From Chlorokybus atmophyticus (lineage: Eukaryota > Plantae > Mesostigma and Chlorokybus algae): a stretch of 64,000 nt of DNA. The translations under genes were made by a program, and so were the position numbers. The notes under the pieces are model-generated. The model was not told the origin of the DNA, made no database searches, and was given only the letters and a program-made list of their open reading frames with translations. The stretch is taken from positions 248,001 through 312,000 of the forward strand of contig RHPI01001037.1 of NCBI GenBank assembly GCA_009103225.1, in the 5' to 3' direction. Below, piece by piece: positions 1 to 13,164 of the stretch (the first letter of the stretch is position 1; every line of letters starts with the position of its first letter).

Positions 1-44
1 TCAGCGTTTTCTGCCTGCGGAAGCAGAGCGGTAGGCCGCCTTAC

Positions 45-261
45 TGCTGCTGGCATCCCCAGACGAACACCTTCCTCCCCGAGCAGCTACTTCTTGCTTG
101 TCCTGGCGCCTGTCGCCACCAGCAGCAGCACGCCGCTCCCTTGCCCTTCCTGCTGCCGCTGCGCAGGTGACCACGTTGCTTTGGCGCCTGCTGAGCGCGG
201 CGAGCAGGACGGCGCTGCGGCTGCGGCAGTGTGGGAACAGGTCCACCACGCCCACCAGCAT
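45..261 (-). CDS. Possible first coding exon of a gene leaving the window; Ser/Ala/Arg-rich, transit-peptide-like N-terminus
   Basis: ATG at 261 reads MLVGVVDLFPHCRSRSAVLLAALSRRQSNVVTCAAAAG. Possible donor ca|gtaagg at 44. Divergent from CHR24 with a telo-box between them. No domain recognised. Confidence 0.3.
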
Positions 262-338
262 GCTGCTGCTCACCACCTCTCCACACCCTCGTCCTCGTCC
301 ACGTCCACCTCCTCAACCAACTCCACCCCAGCAGCGTT

Positions 339-347
339 TTAGGGTTT
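339..347 (-). promoter_or_regulatory. Telo-box (AAACCCTAA) upstream of CHR24
   Basis: ttagggttt at 339-347 is the reverse complement of the plant telo-box; it lies about 180 bp upstream of the CHR24 ATG. Confidence 0.45.
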
Positions 348-526
348 GAACGGCTTGTTTGCTTGAAAATTCAAATCGTCCTCGCAGTCTTGTCCACTTC
401 ATCCCCGAGGCGGCGGCGGCGGCCGGAGAGACAGAGGCCCTGCAGCATCACCTGTGCGGGATGGTGTCTTCGAGCCTGTGTGAGTTCATCAGCTACCTCT
501 GAGCGTCTTGGGGCTTTGCTGCCGCT

Positions 527-3500
527 ATGCAGGACGGAGAGGAGGAGGGCGTCACACGCGCCTCGTCTCGCAGCCACCAGCTCTCGCGCGGGCGGGACGA
601 GGCGCACGGCCACAGGTGGGGTGGTTGCGAAGCCGAGCGCAGCAACCGCACGAAGGCTCTACTGGAAAACATCGCACTCAAGCGCAGCCAGGCGGCAGCA
701 GCCACAGGTAGGCCTGCAATGCGCAGTCGTTAGCACCAGATAACGCACTTAACGCAGCTTTATTGACGACAAACGTACTTGTGGACAAACGTCAAGAAAG
801 CGTTTTTCTGATGATCCCTGTGCCCCTCTCAGGCAAGGAGAACATGCACTATGCGTCCCGCTCTGGCTCAAACCAGCCGTCGTACGCGGAGCTTGAAGAC
901 TTTGACGACAACGAGGCTGACGACGTCACAGTTGCACCAGTGAAGGTCGATTGCTTGAAAGTTGCGTTGAGTTTTCAGTTATTACGAAAACATTCTTGCT
1001 TCAAGCTATGCATGTTCGGGCGCGTGCATGCTTGCCTACTTGAGCTGAGTGTGCATTGTGCATGTGAACAACACTCACTCTTGACACTTGCATAGGAACA
1101 CATACGAGTAGTACCGCGCATCCATGAGCATAAACATGACACAGTCCTTAGCATCATCATTTTGACACATGACCTTGTGTGCAACAGCCCAGCGCACAGC
1201 AACCGGCACCTATACCAAAGCGAAGACTGAAAAAGCTCAACAGCAATGCGCCGCTCGTCAAACCATCTGCTCGGGCGATCATTGAGTTAGCCGACTCCGA
1301 TGACGGGACTGAAGAAACTGCAGCACGCACGCCGTCGGCTAATAGCAATGAAGCGGATGCGCTGCTGGACTCGCTGCAGTCGCTCACCATCGCGCGTCAC
1401 GAGCGTGCATCGCACTCTGCCAAGCAGGAAGACACACATTCCTCCAGCAGGCCAGAACACTCAGCGCTGAGTCAAGATCGGCACGACACAAGCGTTGACA
1501 CCACAATTAACCTGACAGAAGACAGTCCCACCGGAGCAACAGCTTCAGTCTCGAGCGAAGGTGTTGACTTAGAGCTGCCCAATCCTCGTGGAGGGCCCGC
1601 TTTCGTTGTTCCGAAGGACGTCGCCAGCGGTCTATTTGCTCATCAGCGCGAGGGCCTGAGGTGGCTGTGGGACCTTCACTTGCGGGCTCCTGGAGGGATT
1701 TTGGGCGATGATATGGGCTTGGGTAAGACGAGACAGGTGAGAAAGGTTGCTCAGTGCATAGTTGTTATTGAAAACCGACGTACAACATGTGGCAATTTCT
1801 GATGCTCTGCTGCAGATTGCAGCCTTTCTGCGCGGCCTCATGCACGGCAAACACGCCAAGCGAGCCCTGCTTGTGGCGCCGACAACCCTCCTCGCGCATT
1901 GGGAGAAAGAGCTTGAGACCTGCGGCCTCGGGCGAAGTACCTATCAGTGCGTGTCATGCACTTCATCAAACCCTCATCGCACCTTGCGTTGTCTAACCCA
2001 AGGCTCTGCAGGTACTATGGCAGCTCAGCGGACGGTCGCGATTATGCCCTCCGCAAAATTCTCAAGGTGGGTTGAAGGTGCATCTCCCGCCATGCGTGCC
2101 ATGTGAGCCAGCATTGGGCTGATACCTCACCCTCTTATATGCATGCACAGTCTGGAGGCATTCTCCTCACAACGTATGGCATGGTGTTGCACAACGCCGG
2201 AGGACTCGCTGGAGAAGGCTACGGCGGAGGCGAGGACGAATTCATTGATGATGGGGATGCCTGCGGCAAGGGCAAGATCTGGGACTACGTGATCCTGGAC
2301 GAGGGTCACAAGATCAAGAACCACAAGGCGCAGACCTCGGTGCGGATGCGTGAGATACCAGCAAAGCACAGGCTGATCTTGTCGGGGACGCCCATCCAGA
2401 ACAACCTGCTGGAGATGTGGGCGCTGTACGACTTCTGCTGTCCCGGGTTGCTTGGAGACGACACCAAAGCTTTCAAGGCTCTGTACGAGAAGGCCATCAT
2501 GGCAGGACGAGACAAGAATGCCAGCGCTCGCCAGCGCCATGTCGGCTCTGCCACAGAGAAACAGCTGCGGGAAAGGATACAGCCGTTCTTCCTGAGACGC
2601 GAGAAGAAGGATGTAAGCTACATGTCCTTGTTCGTGTGACATGCAAAGCAGACGGTTTGTCACACTGCCGTGCCACATGCAGGTGTTTGGAGACGGGCAA
2701 GTGGCTGAGACCGGCACGAGCGCTAGCAACCCTGGCATCAAAGGCAAAAAGAAGGACCTCATTGTTTGGCTGCGGCTGACTCCTCAGCAGAAGCGGCTGT
2801 ACATGGCTTTCCTGAACTCTGAACACGTGGCGGCCGTCTTAGATGAGCCCAAGAACGCCCTCAGTGCCATAACTATACTGAAGAAGATCTGCGATCATCC
2901 TGCCCTTATGACCCGTACGTGTGTTGTAGGGCTCCTTATTTGAGTGGGCGCATGCTGTGGCTTGAAAGCTTATGATGGTTGCGTGCAGGAAGAGCTGCCG
3001 AGGACATTGCGGAGGGTGCGGAGGGCGAGTGGGAGGATGCTGCGGAGGTGGTGGCTGAAGCCAACAGCGCCGACGTGGATGCAGGCACAGACTCGTCCTG
3101 CAAGACGGCCTTTGTTGCCTTGTTACTGGAGGAGTTACGCAGGCAGGGCCATCGCACGCTGCTGTTTAGTCAGTCACGAAAAATGCTGGACATTGTGCAG
3201 GTAGGGCGCGAGGCTCATTGCATCAGCAGTATGGCCTGTCTGTAAGGCTCGTCTGTGTGTGTATGTGTGCTCTTGCGAGTAGTGTTTTAGACATCTGCAC
3301 ATGTTCTTGCACCTGGAATTCAGGCAGACTTGGAAGCCAAACGTGTGTCATTTTTGAGGATTGACGGAAGCATTGCTAAAGACGAGCGGCAGGCGAGGGT
3401 TGACCAGTTTCAAACAGACCCGTCTGTCAGCGTGTTTCTGTTAACCTCTCAGGTAGGTTACATAAGGATTGCACAGCTTGTCTGCATCACTTGGCTTGAG

Positions 3501-5092
3501 GCACATAGGACCCATGCCATGTTTCAGGTTGGCGGCCTGGGGTTGACGTTGACTGCAGCCTCGCGCGTGATCATCATTGACCCAGCGTGGAATCCTAGCA
3601 CCGACGATCAGAGTGTCGACCGCGCTTACCGCATGGGCCAAACGCAGGTAGGATGATAGACGACATCTCACCATTGCTGTTTAATTTGTATCTGTTCTGT
3701 TTGCAAACCGCACTTGTGCAGGATGTCGTGGTGTATCGCCTCATCTCGTGCGGCAGTGTGGAGGAGAAAATCTACTGCAAGCAGGTTGGCATCTGCCAAA
3801 GGCCAATGGTCATTGCCGACGGTAGCCTGATGTGGTCTGTATGATCGTGCAGGTTTTCAAAGGAGGTCTGATGCGAGCTGCAACGCGCACCGCAGCTGAT
3901 ACACGCGACCTGCATCGCTACTTCAGCCTGCACGAGCTGCAGGATCTGTTTCGCGCAGCACCTGAGGGATTCCAGACATCCGCAACTCACGTGAGACGCT
4001 GGCCTGCGCTTGTTGAATTGCATTGTGACGGTATCGCCTATGTATACATACAAGGTCGAACTAATTCACTCAAGGTATGCCCATGCAGGCGCAGCTGCAC
4101 AAGTTGCATGCGGCGGAGGGGAGCACTAGCGATGAACTTAGGGAGCACATTGATACTCTGAAGCGCTATGGAGCGGCCGCAGTGAGCCAACACGACTTGG
4201 TCTACAGCAAGGACCAGGACCCCAGCGAGCAAGCGCGTACGTATATGCACCTGCTTGCTGTGCCAATGTGCGCACATGGCTGGACTGCTGACTCATTGTG
4301 GTGTACAACCATTACAGGAGAGGATCCAGCGCAGTACAGGGAGCGTGACACGCGTACTACAGCTGGCGGTGTCGGGTCTGCCAGGCGCAAGAAGTGGGGC
4401 GGAGCAGACACAGCTGCCGGCCCATGGCTGGGCGGTCAAACTGACATGGCCGGCCAGCCAGTACCCTGGCAGTCCGCATTGCAGGTACAGGCTGCTGCTT
4501 GGCAAGTAACTTGCGCACACATGCATGCATTGTTGCGAACGTTGTGTCCAGTGGTCATGGTGGCCGTTTGCAGGACGCGGGTTTCCCCGGCACAAGCAGC
4601 TCCAGTCCTGGGGAGGCTGCAGCCAAGGCCAAGGTTGCGCACCTAGAGCAACAGCTTGCCCGCCAGCAGCTGCTGTTGAATTGCAACATCCAGCTGCCCG
4701 ATGGTGGTGCAAAGATCCGTGCTAGAATCTTAGACATTCAAGCAGAACTGAACAGCTTGCAAAACGAAGATGAAGGCACCAATGCCGATGCACTGACCGA
4801 CCAGTTGAGCAGCATGACTCTCAAAGCAACGGACAGCAAGGTGGCAAGCCCAATGCAACCGGTCAGTGACAGATCCACGCCTGCTGCGAACCTCGACAAC
4901 AACACAAACCCTACGCCCACACCTGCGAAAGACCGTCTAAGCTCTATTTTGACGGACTTGTCAGCGTTTCCTGTTGACTACGCGACACCACTTTCCGCCT
5001 CAGCAGCAGCAAGCAGTAGGCCATCATTGGTCAGCACTTGCTCCACCGATCGACTGTCGGTTGGCACCTCTGTTGGGTCGCCTGAGTTTTGA
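527..5092 (+). CDS. CHR24: SNF2-family helicase, CHR24/ERCC6L(PICH)-like, multi-exon
   Basis: Phase-compatible GT-AG exons 527-707, 833-945, 1188-1736, 1816 onward. Motifs: GGILGDDMGLGKT (I), ALLVAPTTLLAHWEKEL (Ia), DYVILDEGHKIKN (II), LILSGTPIQNN (III), LLFSQSRKML, FLRIDGS, VGGLGLTLTAASRVIIIDPAWNPSTDDQSVDRAYRMGQ (V/VI). Low-complexity tail ends at tga 5090-5092. Confidence 0.92.
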
Positions 5093-5499
5093 GGCTGATC
5101 GACCCATGTGAAGAGGATAAATGTCAGTCGTTTGCACATGTTGTACACACCTCCGTATGCCCAAAGCCATGGAATATGTGTTGCGCAGCTATTGTGAGCA
5201 CATTCTATTCCGGGTTGGGCGATTTAATTAATGGGTAAACTGACAGTGTTGTGGCGCCATTTGGCAAGCCAGTTAACCGACTAGTGGCAATGTACGTGAC
5301 AGTCTACGTGGGCTATGTCATAGACTCTATGGGCAATCTCGCACCACAATTCAAGCAACACAGCTAGCTGAGGACACATATGGCCTCTCTGGGTAGTATA
5401 CATTGGCCTGAATATCAGGGCCGCTAGCAGTTTACACCCTGCATTCTCGCCAGCTCAGTCTTGATGTCTTCAAACGTTGGTGTGCTTGCAGTAGTAGAA

Positions 5500-8400
5500 A
5501 GCGATGCAATGGACACAGGGCTCAACAGCGGCGATGTTGCCTGTGATTCATGCATCTCCAACCTGTCCAGTCGCAGCATTGCTCAGAGTCCAGATCTCGT
5601 TTGTGAGCGATGGATTGCTGCAACCGCTCTTGATAGGCGCTGCAGACGTACCTGCTGTCAGGCATTCGGGTCTCTTGGTGTTGTGCTCCGTTGGTGTGGA
5701 TGCTAGATATGGGTTTGCTGATGGAGGATGCGCGTGAACGCCTGCTCCTGTGATTAGGTTCAGCAACAGAACAATGCATGTGACTCACTGCATGCTCAGG
5801 TGCACGCACCTGTGGGTTGAGTGGGAGCTCCGAGAGCTGGCATCACTGCTGTCATCATGGTATCGCTGCGTAGGCGTCATGACGCGCGAGCTCATGACCC
5901 TCAAATTGGAGCTTGCCGTTGCTGCGGAGGCTGCATCGTTGTGCTTGGCCCCTTTGCCATGCGAATGGCTGCCTGTGGGTCGCTGCTTTAGTGGCGAGGC
6001 GCTGGCGATGAGGCGCGCGAGGCTTGCCTCGGCGGACGCGCGCACGGTCAGCAGCTCCGAGCGCGCTCTCGCCCACTGCTGCCTGTCGTCGCGCTCGGCA
6101 CACTCGCGTGACAACGTGTCCTTGCCCACACAACACCTCATCAGTCCAGTGCAATAGCGGTCTGGATCCCAGTCTGAAAGCAACTGGTGATGCTTTCTAC
6201 CTGCAGCTCAGAGCGTAGCGCGAGTGCGTGTCGGCGCGACGTGTTGAGCTGGGCTTCCAGTGCTTCGGAGCGTGCGGTCAAGTCGTCGCGCTGGCTGCTC
6301 ATCGCCGACGCGCGCTCACGCCATGCGGCTGCCTCGCTCTCCAAGGCCCTCGCCTGCGTGTGTGCAGCAGGCAATTAGCGGCATATTGACATACAAGTTA
6401 CACAGTGTTCACATACAAGTTTGCCTCCGCACCCACCTCTGCTTGGGCGGCCGCGACCTTCTCGAGTGCCTCCCTGCGCGCATGTGCGTCGGCGCGCTTG
6501 GCGGCATCTTCCGCGCGCGCGGCCCTCTCCTCCAGCACCTGCGCCGCGCGCGCTCGTCTTGCCGCCTCCTCCCTCGCTGCCTCGGCATCCCTGCGCGCGG
6601 CGTCCACGGCGGCGGCCAGGACGGCGCGCTCGCGTCGGAGCGCGTCGTGGTGTTCGAGTTGCTGCGCGGCCTTCTCCCGCAGCGATGCCAGCTGCCGCTC
6701 CCTCTCGAGCAAATCCGTACGCAGGGCGCTGGCCTCCCTTCTGTCCTTCTCGGCCTCCCTGCGCACCTTGTCCGCCTCCTGCCTCTCCTTCTCCACCATT
6801 GGCACCGCCTCCGCCAGGTCCTCCTCCAGCTTCTGCTCGCGCTCGCGAAGGCGCTGAAGCGTGCGCGCCGTCTCGCGGAGCTGGTCGTGCGCGGCGGACG
6901 CCTCGGCGTGGGACGCGTCCAAAGCGCGACGGGTGCGCGCGGCGTCCGCGGCGTGGGCGCGCAGCACCACCGCCGCCGTGTTCACCACCTCGCGCTCCTC
7001 GCGCCCGGCAACCGTATTAGGTGCGGCGGCGATAACCAACAGTCTCGGCACGGGTGTCTTCTTTGACAGCAATGCCTCGGCCGACGCGGTGTCTGCGATG
7101 GTCAATAGCTCCTCGTCACGCACGCTCAACTGCTTCTGCTGCCGGCACTCTCGCGACATGCGTAGGACGGCCGTGACGGCCACCGCAGCCACGCGCATGC
7201 GATGGACACGCGTGACGCTGTCACGCGTCCGCGTGGTTTCGTCGTCGATGTCGCTCATGCCGCACAAGGGCCGCAGCGAATCGATGCACCTGCGCAGCGC
7301 GGCGTGGCGCGCCTGCCAACGCGCGCACTCGCGCTTCACGAACGCCTTCTGGCTCGAGAGCAGGCACACTCTCTGTACACGGTCGTCACGCTCGCCTTAG
7401 CCTCACTCTGGAGTAGCAATCTCTCTCATGCACAAGAGCACGACAACCAACATGCACACCTTGTGCAGGGAGGCGGCCGAGGTGGCGAGGGCTCGCGCCG
7501 CCAGCAGCATGCGACGTGCGGTGGCCCGCGACGTCTCCAGATCACGCTTGTGTTGTGTCAACAGAGCAGACCGCTCCTTCGCAGCATCCGCTCGCAGCCT
7601 AGCGAGCTCCTGCGCACGCGAGCGCAACGCATAAGCACCGCCACACACGACTCAAGAAGAAGAAACGGTGCTCTGACGCCTCTCACCTCCTCTGCACGCC
7701 TGCACCTGGCACGCGACTCTTCTATCTCGTGGTCGTTGCGCGATGCACGCGAAGTCTCGTGTGCCAGGGCACGCCGCAACTCCTCCACCCTTGCAGCCTT
7801 CAGAGTACGAAGTATGCCAAGAGTCAATTGACTATGCGATGGTGACACAAGTTGTCATTGTCGCAGCACCATCCCACGGGCCACGCGCACCTGGTGCTCG
7901 GCGCTCTGCACGGCGCGGGTGTTGGACTCCCACGTGCGCACGACCGTGCGCGCCTTCTCCAGCAATGACGTCTGCAAAGGGCGAGTGAAGCAGTGTCAGT
8001 GCAATGCTAACGTGGGGTACAAAGTAGCACACAGGCTACTGTTCTACTACTACTGCTTACGGCAAGCGCGCGCGTGTCCGCGTGTCGTGATTCGTCGTCC
8101 TCACGACGGGAGCCCACATGTTGGGTGTCTGTGCCGGTTATGTCGGCGAGGAGGCGTGATGCGGAGGCTGCGGCGCGCGCGAGTCCGTCGATCTGCGCCT
8201 GCAGCGTGCGCTTCTCTGCGCGCGCGGCGTGGGCGGCGGCGGCAGCGGCCTCGTGCAGCTCCGCGGCCCGCGCCTCCGCACGCTGCGTGGCGCGCTCGGA
8301 CTCGCAAGCACGCCGCTGCAGCACCGCAGACGCCGTCACCGCGCTGTCGCGCTCCCTGCAACACAACCTCAGTGGCTGCTGTCTAGCACTCTGCGTGAGA

Positions 8401-11308
8401 CCCTCAGAGCACGCAGCAGTGCACACGCACCGTTCTGCGTCGAGTGCGCGCTCCATGCACGACGCCAGTTCCTTCTTCACGGCAATCTCTCGGTCGCGCG
8501 CTCCCGCAATCGCCGTGCTCACGCCGCGCACGCGTCCCTGCTTGCATACAAACATCAAAGACTGCCACTGCCATTACCATCTAGGTGCCATGCTGATGAA
8601 AGAGACAAGCACGATGCGCACACAAGTACGCCATGTAGCTGAGAATCTTGCCTGCAGCGCTGCGAGGGCCATCTTGAGCTCGTCCGGCAGCTCGTCGTCT
8701 GCAAGGGGGTCGTTGCCGTCGTCGTTGTCGTTGCCGGCAGTGACCCCGTCGATGGCGGCCTCGAGGGCGTCGCGAGACACTCCCACGTGGCGCTCCACAG
8801 CCTGCGCCAGCGCCATGTGCCGCTGCACGGCGCGCGCAAGGCCCTCCTCTGCGATGCAAAGTGCACGCGTGAGGTGCATGTGTTGCAAATCGAGTCTGCG
8901 TGTACACATGCACGCGCACAGTCTGCGTGTACCTGCCATGGCGGCGGCCTCCTTGGCTGCGGATGCCTGTCGGCACGCTTCTGCGAGTTGTCGTGCGTGG
9001 TCGGCGGCGACGGCGGGTGAAGCCTCCTTGGCGTGCGTGGCGGCGAGGGTGGCGAGGCGCGCCTCCACCTCCTCGGCCTGGGTGCGGACGCGTGCATTGT
9101 CCTTGGCGAGGCGTCTGTTGTCGCGTTCCAGCTGTTGGGTTGCAGTCTCGGCCTCTGCGAGGCGCGCGCGCAGGGCATTGGCGTCATCTTCGGCGCGTGC
9201 GGCACGCGCGAGGGCGTCAGCAAGGCGCGTCTCCGCGCGCGTGGCGTGGCCCTGCACCTGCGCGAGCTGGGCGGCGNNNNNNNNNNNNNNNNNNNNNNNN
9301 NNNNNNNNNNNNNNNNNNNNNNNNNNNNNNNNNNNNNNNNNNNNNNNNNNNNNNNNNNNNNNNNNNNNNNNNNNNNNNNNNNNNNNNNNNNNNNNNNNNN
9401 NNNNNNNNNNNNNNNNNNNNNNNNNNNNNNNNNNNNNNNNNNNNNNNNNNNNNNNNNNNNNNNNNNNNNNNNNNNNNNNNNNNNNNNNNNNNNNNNNNNN
9501 NNNNNNNNNNNNNNNNNNNNNNNNNNNNNNNNNNNNNNNNNNNNNNNNNNNNNNNNNNNNNNNNNNNNNNNNNNNNNNNNNNNNNNNNNNNNNNNNNNNN
9601 NNNNNNNNNNNNNNNNNNNNNNNNNNNNNNNNNNNNNNNNNNNNNNNNNNNNNNNNNNNNNNNNNNNNNNNNNNNNNNNNNNNNNNNNNNNNNNNNNNNN
9701 NNNNNNNNNNNNNNNNNNNNNNNNNNNNNNNNNNNNNNNNNNNNNNNNNNNNNNNNNNNNNNNNNNNNNNNNNNNNNNNNNNNNNNNNNNNNNNNNNNNN
9801 NNNNNNNNNNNNNNNNNNNNNNNNNNNNNNNNNNNNNCGGCGGCGGTGGCACGCATGGCGGCCTCGCGCTTGGCGCGGCTGTCGGCCTCCGCGCGCAGGG
9901 CCCGCGCCTCCACCTCGGCGACCTTCTCCGCGTGGGCCTTGTGCTCGTGCTCGACCAACATCATCACACGCGCAGCCTCGCCCTCATACTCCCTTTCGCG
10001 CTCCGTCGAAGCCAGCAACTGTCCCTCGAGGCTTCGTCGCTGTGCCTCGCGTCGCTCCCCGTCCGCCCTCAGCGCGGCGAGAGCCGCGTGGTGGTCCCGC
10101 CGCTCCTCCTCCGCACGGGCCACGCGCTCCCGCAGCGCCGCCAGCTCGCCCTCGAGGTCTCTCGCGCGTGCCTCGGCGCGGTCCCTGTCCTTGGCCAACG
10201 CGGCCACCTCCGCGGCGTGCTCGCGCAGACGGCGGATGGCCGCGGAGTCGGCGTTGAGTGCCTGCGCCTCTCTCGCCGCGCGCGCACCGCCCGCGGACGC
10301 CATCCCCATCGACAGCGCCCAAGGAAGGGGGTCTCGCTCGCGCACGTCCACGCGACCCTCGCTCGCAGCAGCGGACACCACGTGCTCTGCTTCCGATGTG
10401 TACTCGACGGCGTGGTGGGCGTTCCAGAACGTCTGCTGCTTGCCCTTGTCTGCGGGTGTGGGAGTCAAGGTCGACGTTGGCAGACCGTCGCCTTCATCGG
10501 GGTCGCTGAGGTCTGCTTGCTGCTGCTTCGATCGGGGCGGGCATGCTGCTTCATGGCTGGGCTGTTTGTGGTGTTGGTCGCGCAGGTTCTTGCGTACCAC
10601 GTCCGCAAACAGGCGCTCCTCGTCGTCAATGTCCGACTCATCGCAATCCATCACCTGCTCGTGGATCCCTCTCGCCTCCTGCTCGCCCTCAGTCTCTTGT
10701 GCGCGAATGCAGTGCACTTTTGCGTGTGACCTGTGTGATAACGTGTAGTGAACTCCGTTCTGTGTAAAGTGGACAATCTCTGGTGTATGATCACTTTAAA
10801 CCAGGCCAAATTACGGGCCATCAAGAAACACAATGAAACCACGACAGATGTATGAAATCAGATCCACGCAGCGTGTCCAGTCTGTACTGTAATTGCATAA
10901 CCGGAGCGGCTCAACTCTGCCTGTGTTTGCGCGAGTGCGCGCGCGCGCTTGTGTGGGTATGTGCGTGCACGAGTGTGCTCACGTATGCGTATGTGCGCGC
11001 GATCCACAGTGTATGCCTGCGTACCTAAAGCGTACGGCCACCTTCACGAGTTTGCGATGCTGGAGCCGAGCGTTGTTCGGCACGTCCACGCACGCAGGCG
11101 TCACTAAGGCCTCTTCAGCTATGGGCTTTGTCGTTGGTAACTTGTAGCGATGGGTGTCTAGCACGCATGAGCTGTCACACGCCGCCTTGTTGATGTCGTT
11201 GACGACGACCAATGGCGAAGTCAGCCAGTGTGCGCTTGCTGCCAGCGGAAAGATGACTGAGATGGCCCCCAGAAACCGCAATCGTGGGGAGCCGGTGTCG
11301 TCTGGCAT
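5500..11308 (-). CDS. Large multi-exon coiled-coil protein (CCDC171/PACT-like motif); boundaries approximate, interrupted by an assembly gap
   Basis: A/E/R-rich heptad exons in minus ORFs 5785-6183, 6141-6374, 6398-7369, 7403-7648, 8007-8558, 8574-9257 and 9838-10717. Candidate ATG at 11308 with donor ag|gtacgc, phase-compatible with acceptor cacacag|g near 10730. Confidence 0.7.
9277..9837. other. Assembly gap (N run) inside the coiled-coil gene
   Basis: 561 N between two very GC-rich coding stretches. Confidence 0.99.
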
Positions 11309-11665
11309 GCACACCCGAGCGAGCGAGCGAGCGAGCGCAGCGTGCGCCGCCGCCGCCGCCTCTGCCGCCGCCGCCGCCGCCTCTCGGGCGTGGTAGCAGC
11401 CGGTCTAAATCCAGGTGCCGTGCCGTGCCGTGCAGGCAGCCTGGCTGGCTGGCTGGCTGGCTGGCTCTGTCCTCCGAAGACTTCAATGGGGTCAAGTCGA
11501 TCGATGCAGCACGCGACAGTTGCTCAACGGTGCGTCACTGCAGTCCATTGCCGCCCCCCAACCCCAACCCCAACCCTAACCCTTGCTCTGCTGCAGCAGC
11601 CTCGTCCCTGGCCATCAGGGACCACCACCCGGCGGAAGCGGCGGAGAGAGGCGGCCACCATCACC

Positions 11666-13164
11666 ATGGCGGACTTCGATTCCTTCGAGGAAGTGCAGGT
11701 GCCACTCGCAGCAGACAACCTGCAGCCAGTCGGCCCCGTGCCCACCCTCGACCCCAACGCGGTCGCAGCCGACCCCTTCGGCGACGGGGACTGGGACACC
11801 TCAGCCACCGCCGCTCACCCCCACGCCTCGGACGGATACGTCGAGGACGCCACGGAGGAGGAGCAGCAGGAGCAGGTAGGAGCGGCTGCGCAGGCGAAGC
11901 CGCTCGCCAACGGCACGGCACACGACCAGTATAGCTTCAGTGAGGGCGATGTGCTGTCGGAGGCCGAGCCAGCGGCGGCATCGGAGCCACTGCACCAGGC
12001 ATTCTACGAGTCAGCAGCACTACGGTTAGTGAACGACTGTCATTGTTGGTTTGATTGATGTGGATGGTTGTCAATGGGAACCGGCACACAGACAAGCGCG
12101 GCTTGTATCGTTCACCAACCTCACAACTCGTTGTACGTTGTTCTGGCCTCCCTTGTCGGATCGCCACTACAAGCGCATTATGCGACCAATGCTGCTCTTT
12201 TCACTTCAATACGTGTTGTGTAACAAGCGCTGTGCATCAAGTTGAAGCGGCTGTTTGTGGTTTGAAAGGATCTACTTGTGGTGGCGCATTGCGCGGATTG
12301 CCCATGTTCTGACCAACATGGCTGACACACGCTTGTGGCTTTTGCTTTTTTCCTTCTTCAGTGAGTGGCGCATGGCCCGGCAGGCGCAGCTTGCTGAGGA
12401 GCGCACTCTCGAGCTCGAGCGCAAAGCAGAGGTGCGCTTGAATAGGGTTAGGGCCAGACAGACAGGATGTGATGTGATAGGCGTTGTTGTGTCCTGTCCT
12501 CGTGGGGATTGCGGGGTGGACGAGTGTTCTCAATGCATCCGTCGCGCAGCTCAAGAACAAGGCTGACCAGGAGCGCGACACTTTCTATGTCAATCGCGAG
12601 AGGCTTGTGGATACCACCAAGCAAGACAACCGGTGCGCTTGTCCTTGCTGGCACAAGTGCATGGCGCCATAATGTCGAGTACATTGTGTTCTGGCAGATT
12701 ACGCATGCAAATGCGATGGCAGTGCCAAGTGCTCATGAGCACGTGCACATGCCATGTATTGGCAGTGCGGCTCGCTCATCTGCTTACAATTTGGCGTTGC
12801 AGGACGAAGGAGGAGCAGGACCTGCAGGCGATGGCGGCCATCGCGCAATGCAGCAACACGTGGGAGGCCGTGGTGTCCATGGTAGAGATTGAGGCGGAGG
12901 CGAAAAAGAAGAAGAAGTCGGCTGACGATGAACTCAAGAAGACAGACACATCACGCATGCGCCAGGTATGGTTCAGCCTAGCTTCTTCTTCAACAGCGGT
13001 CCTATTATTTTCCCCAGCATGTCATGCAGTGTGGCAGAAAGCACCATGTATTGCATGTGTTGCATCTAGTTCCATCAAGTACATTGTGGCTGATAGTCTT
13101 GTGTTCTCACTTGCAGTTGCTGGTGAAGCTCAAGAACAACCCAATTGGTGTGCGCGCCCAGTAG
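11666..13164 (+). CDS. CLC: Clathrin light chain, five exons
   Basis: Acidic N-terminus MADFDSFEE; EWRMARQAQLAEERTLE; LKNKADQERDTFYVNRERL; TWEAVVSMVEI; C-terminal DTSRMRQ|LLVKLKNNP, matching the DLSRMRxxLxxLK signature. GT-AG introns are in phase; stop at 13162-13164. Confidence 0.9.

Noticed and set aside
6260-7400. Plus-strand ORFs overlapping the coiled-coil gene
   Set aside because: Stop-poor antisense frames expected at this GC content; no recognisable domain.
8074-10748. Very long ORFs of 570-727 aa on both strands
   Set aside because: They run through the N gap (X residues), and the plus-strand ones are antisense shadows of the GC-rich coiled-coil exons.
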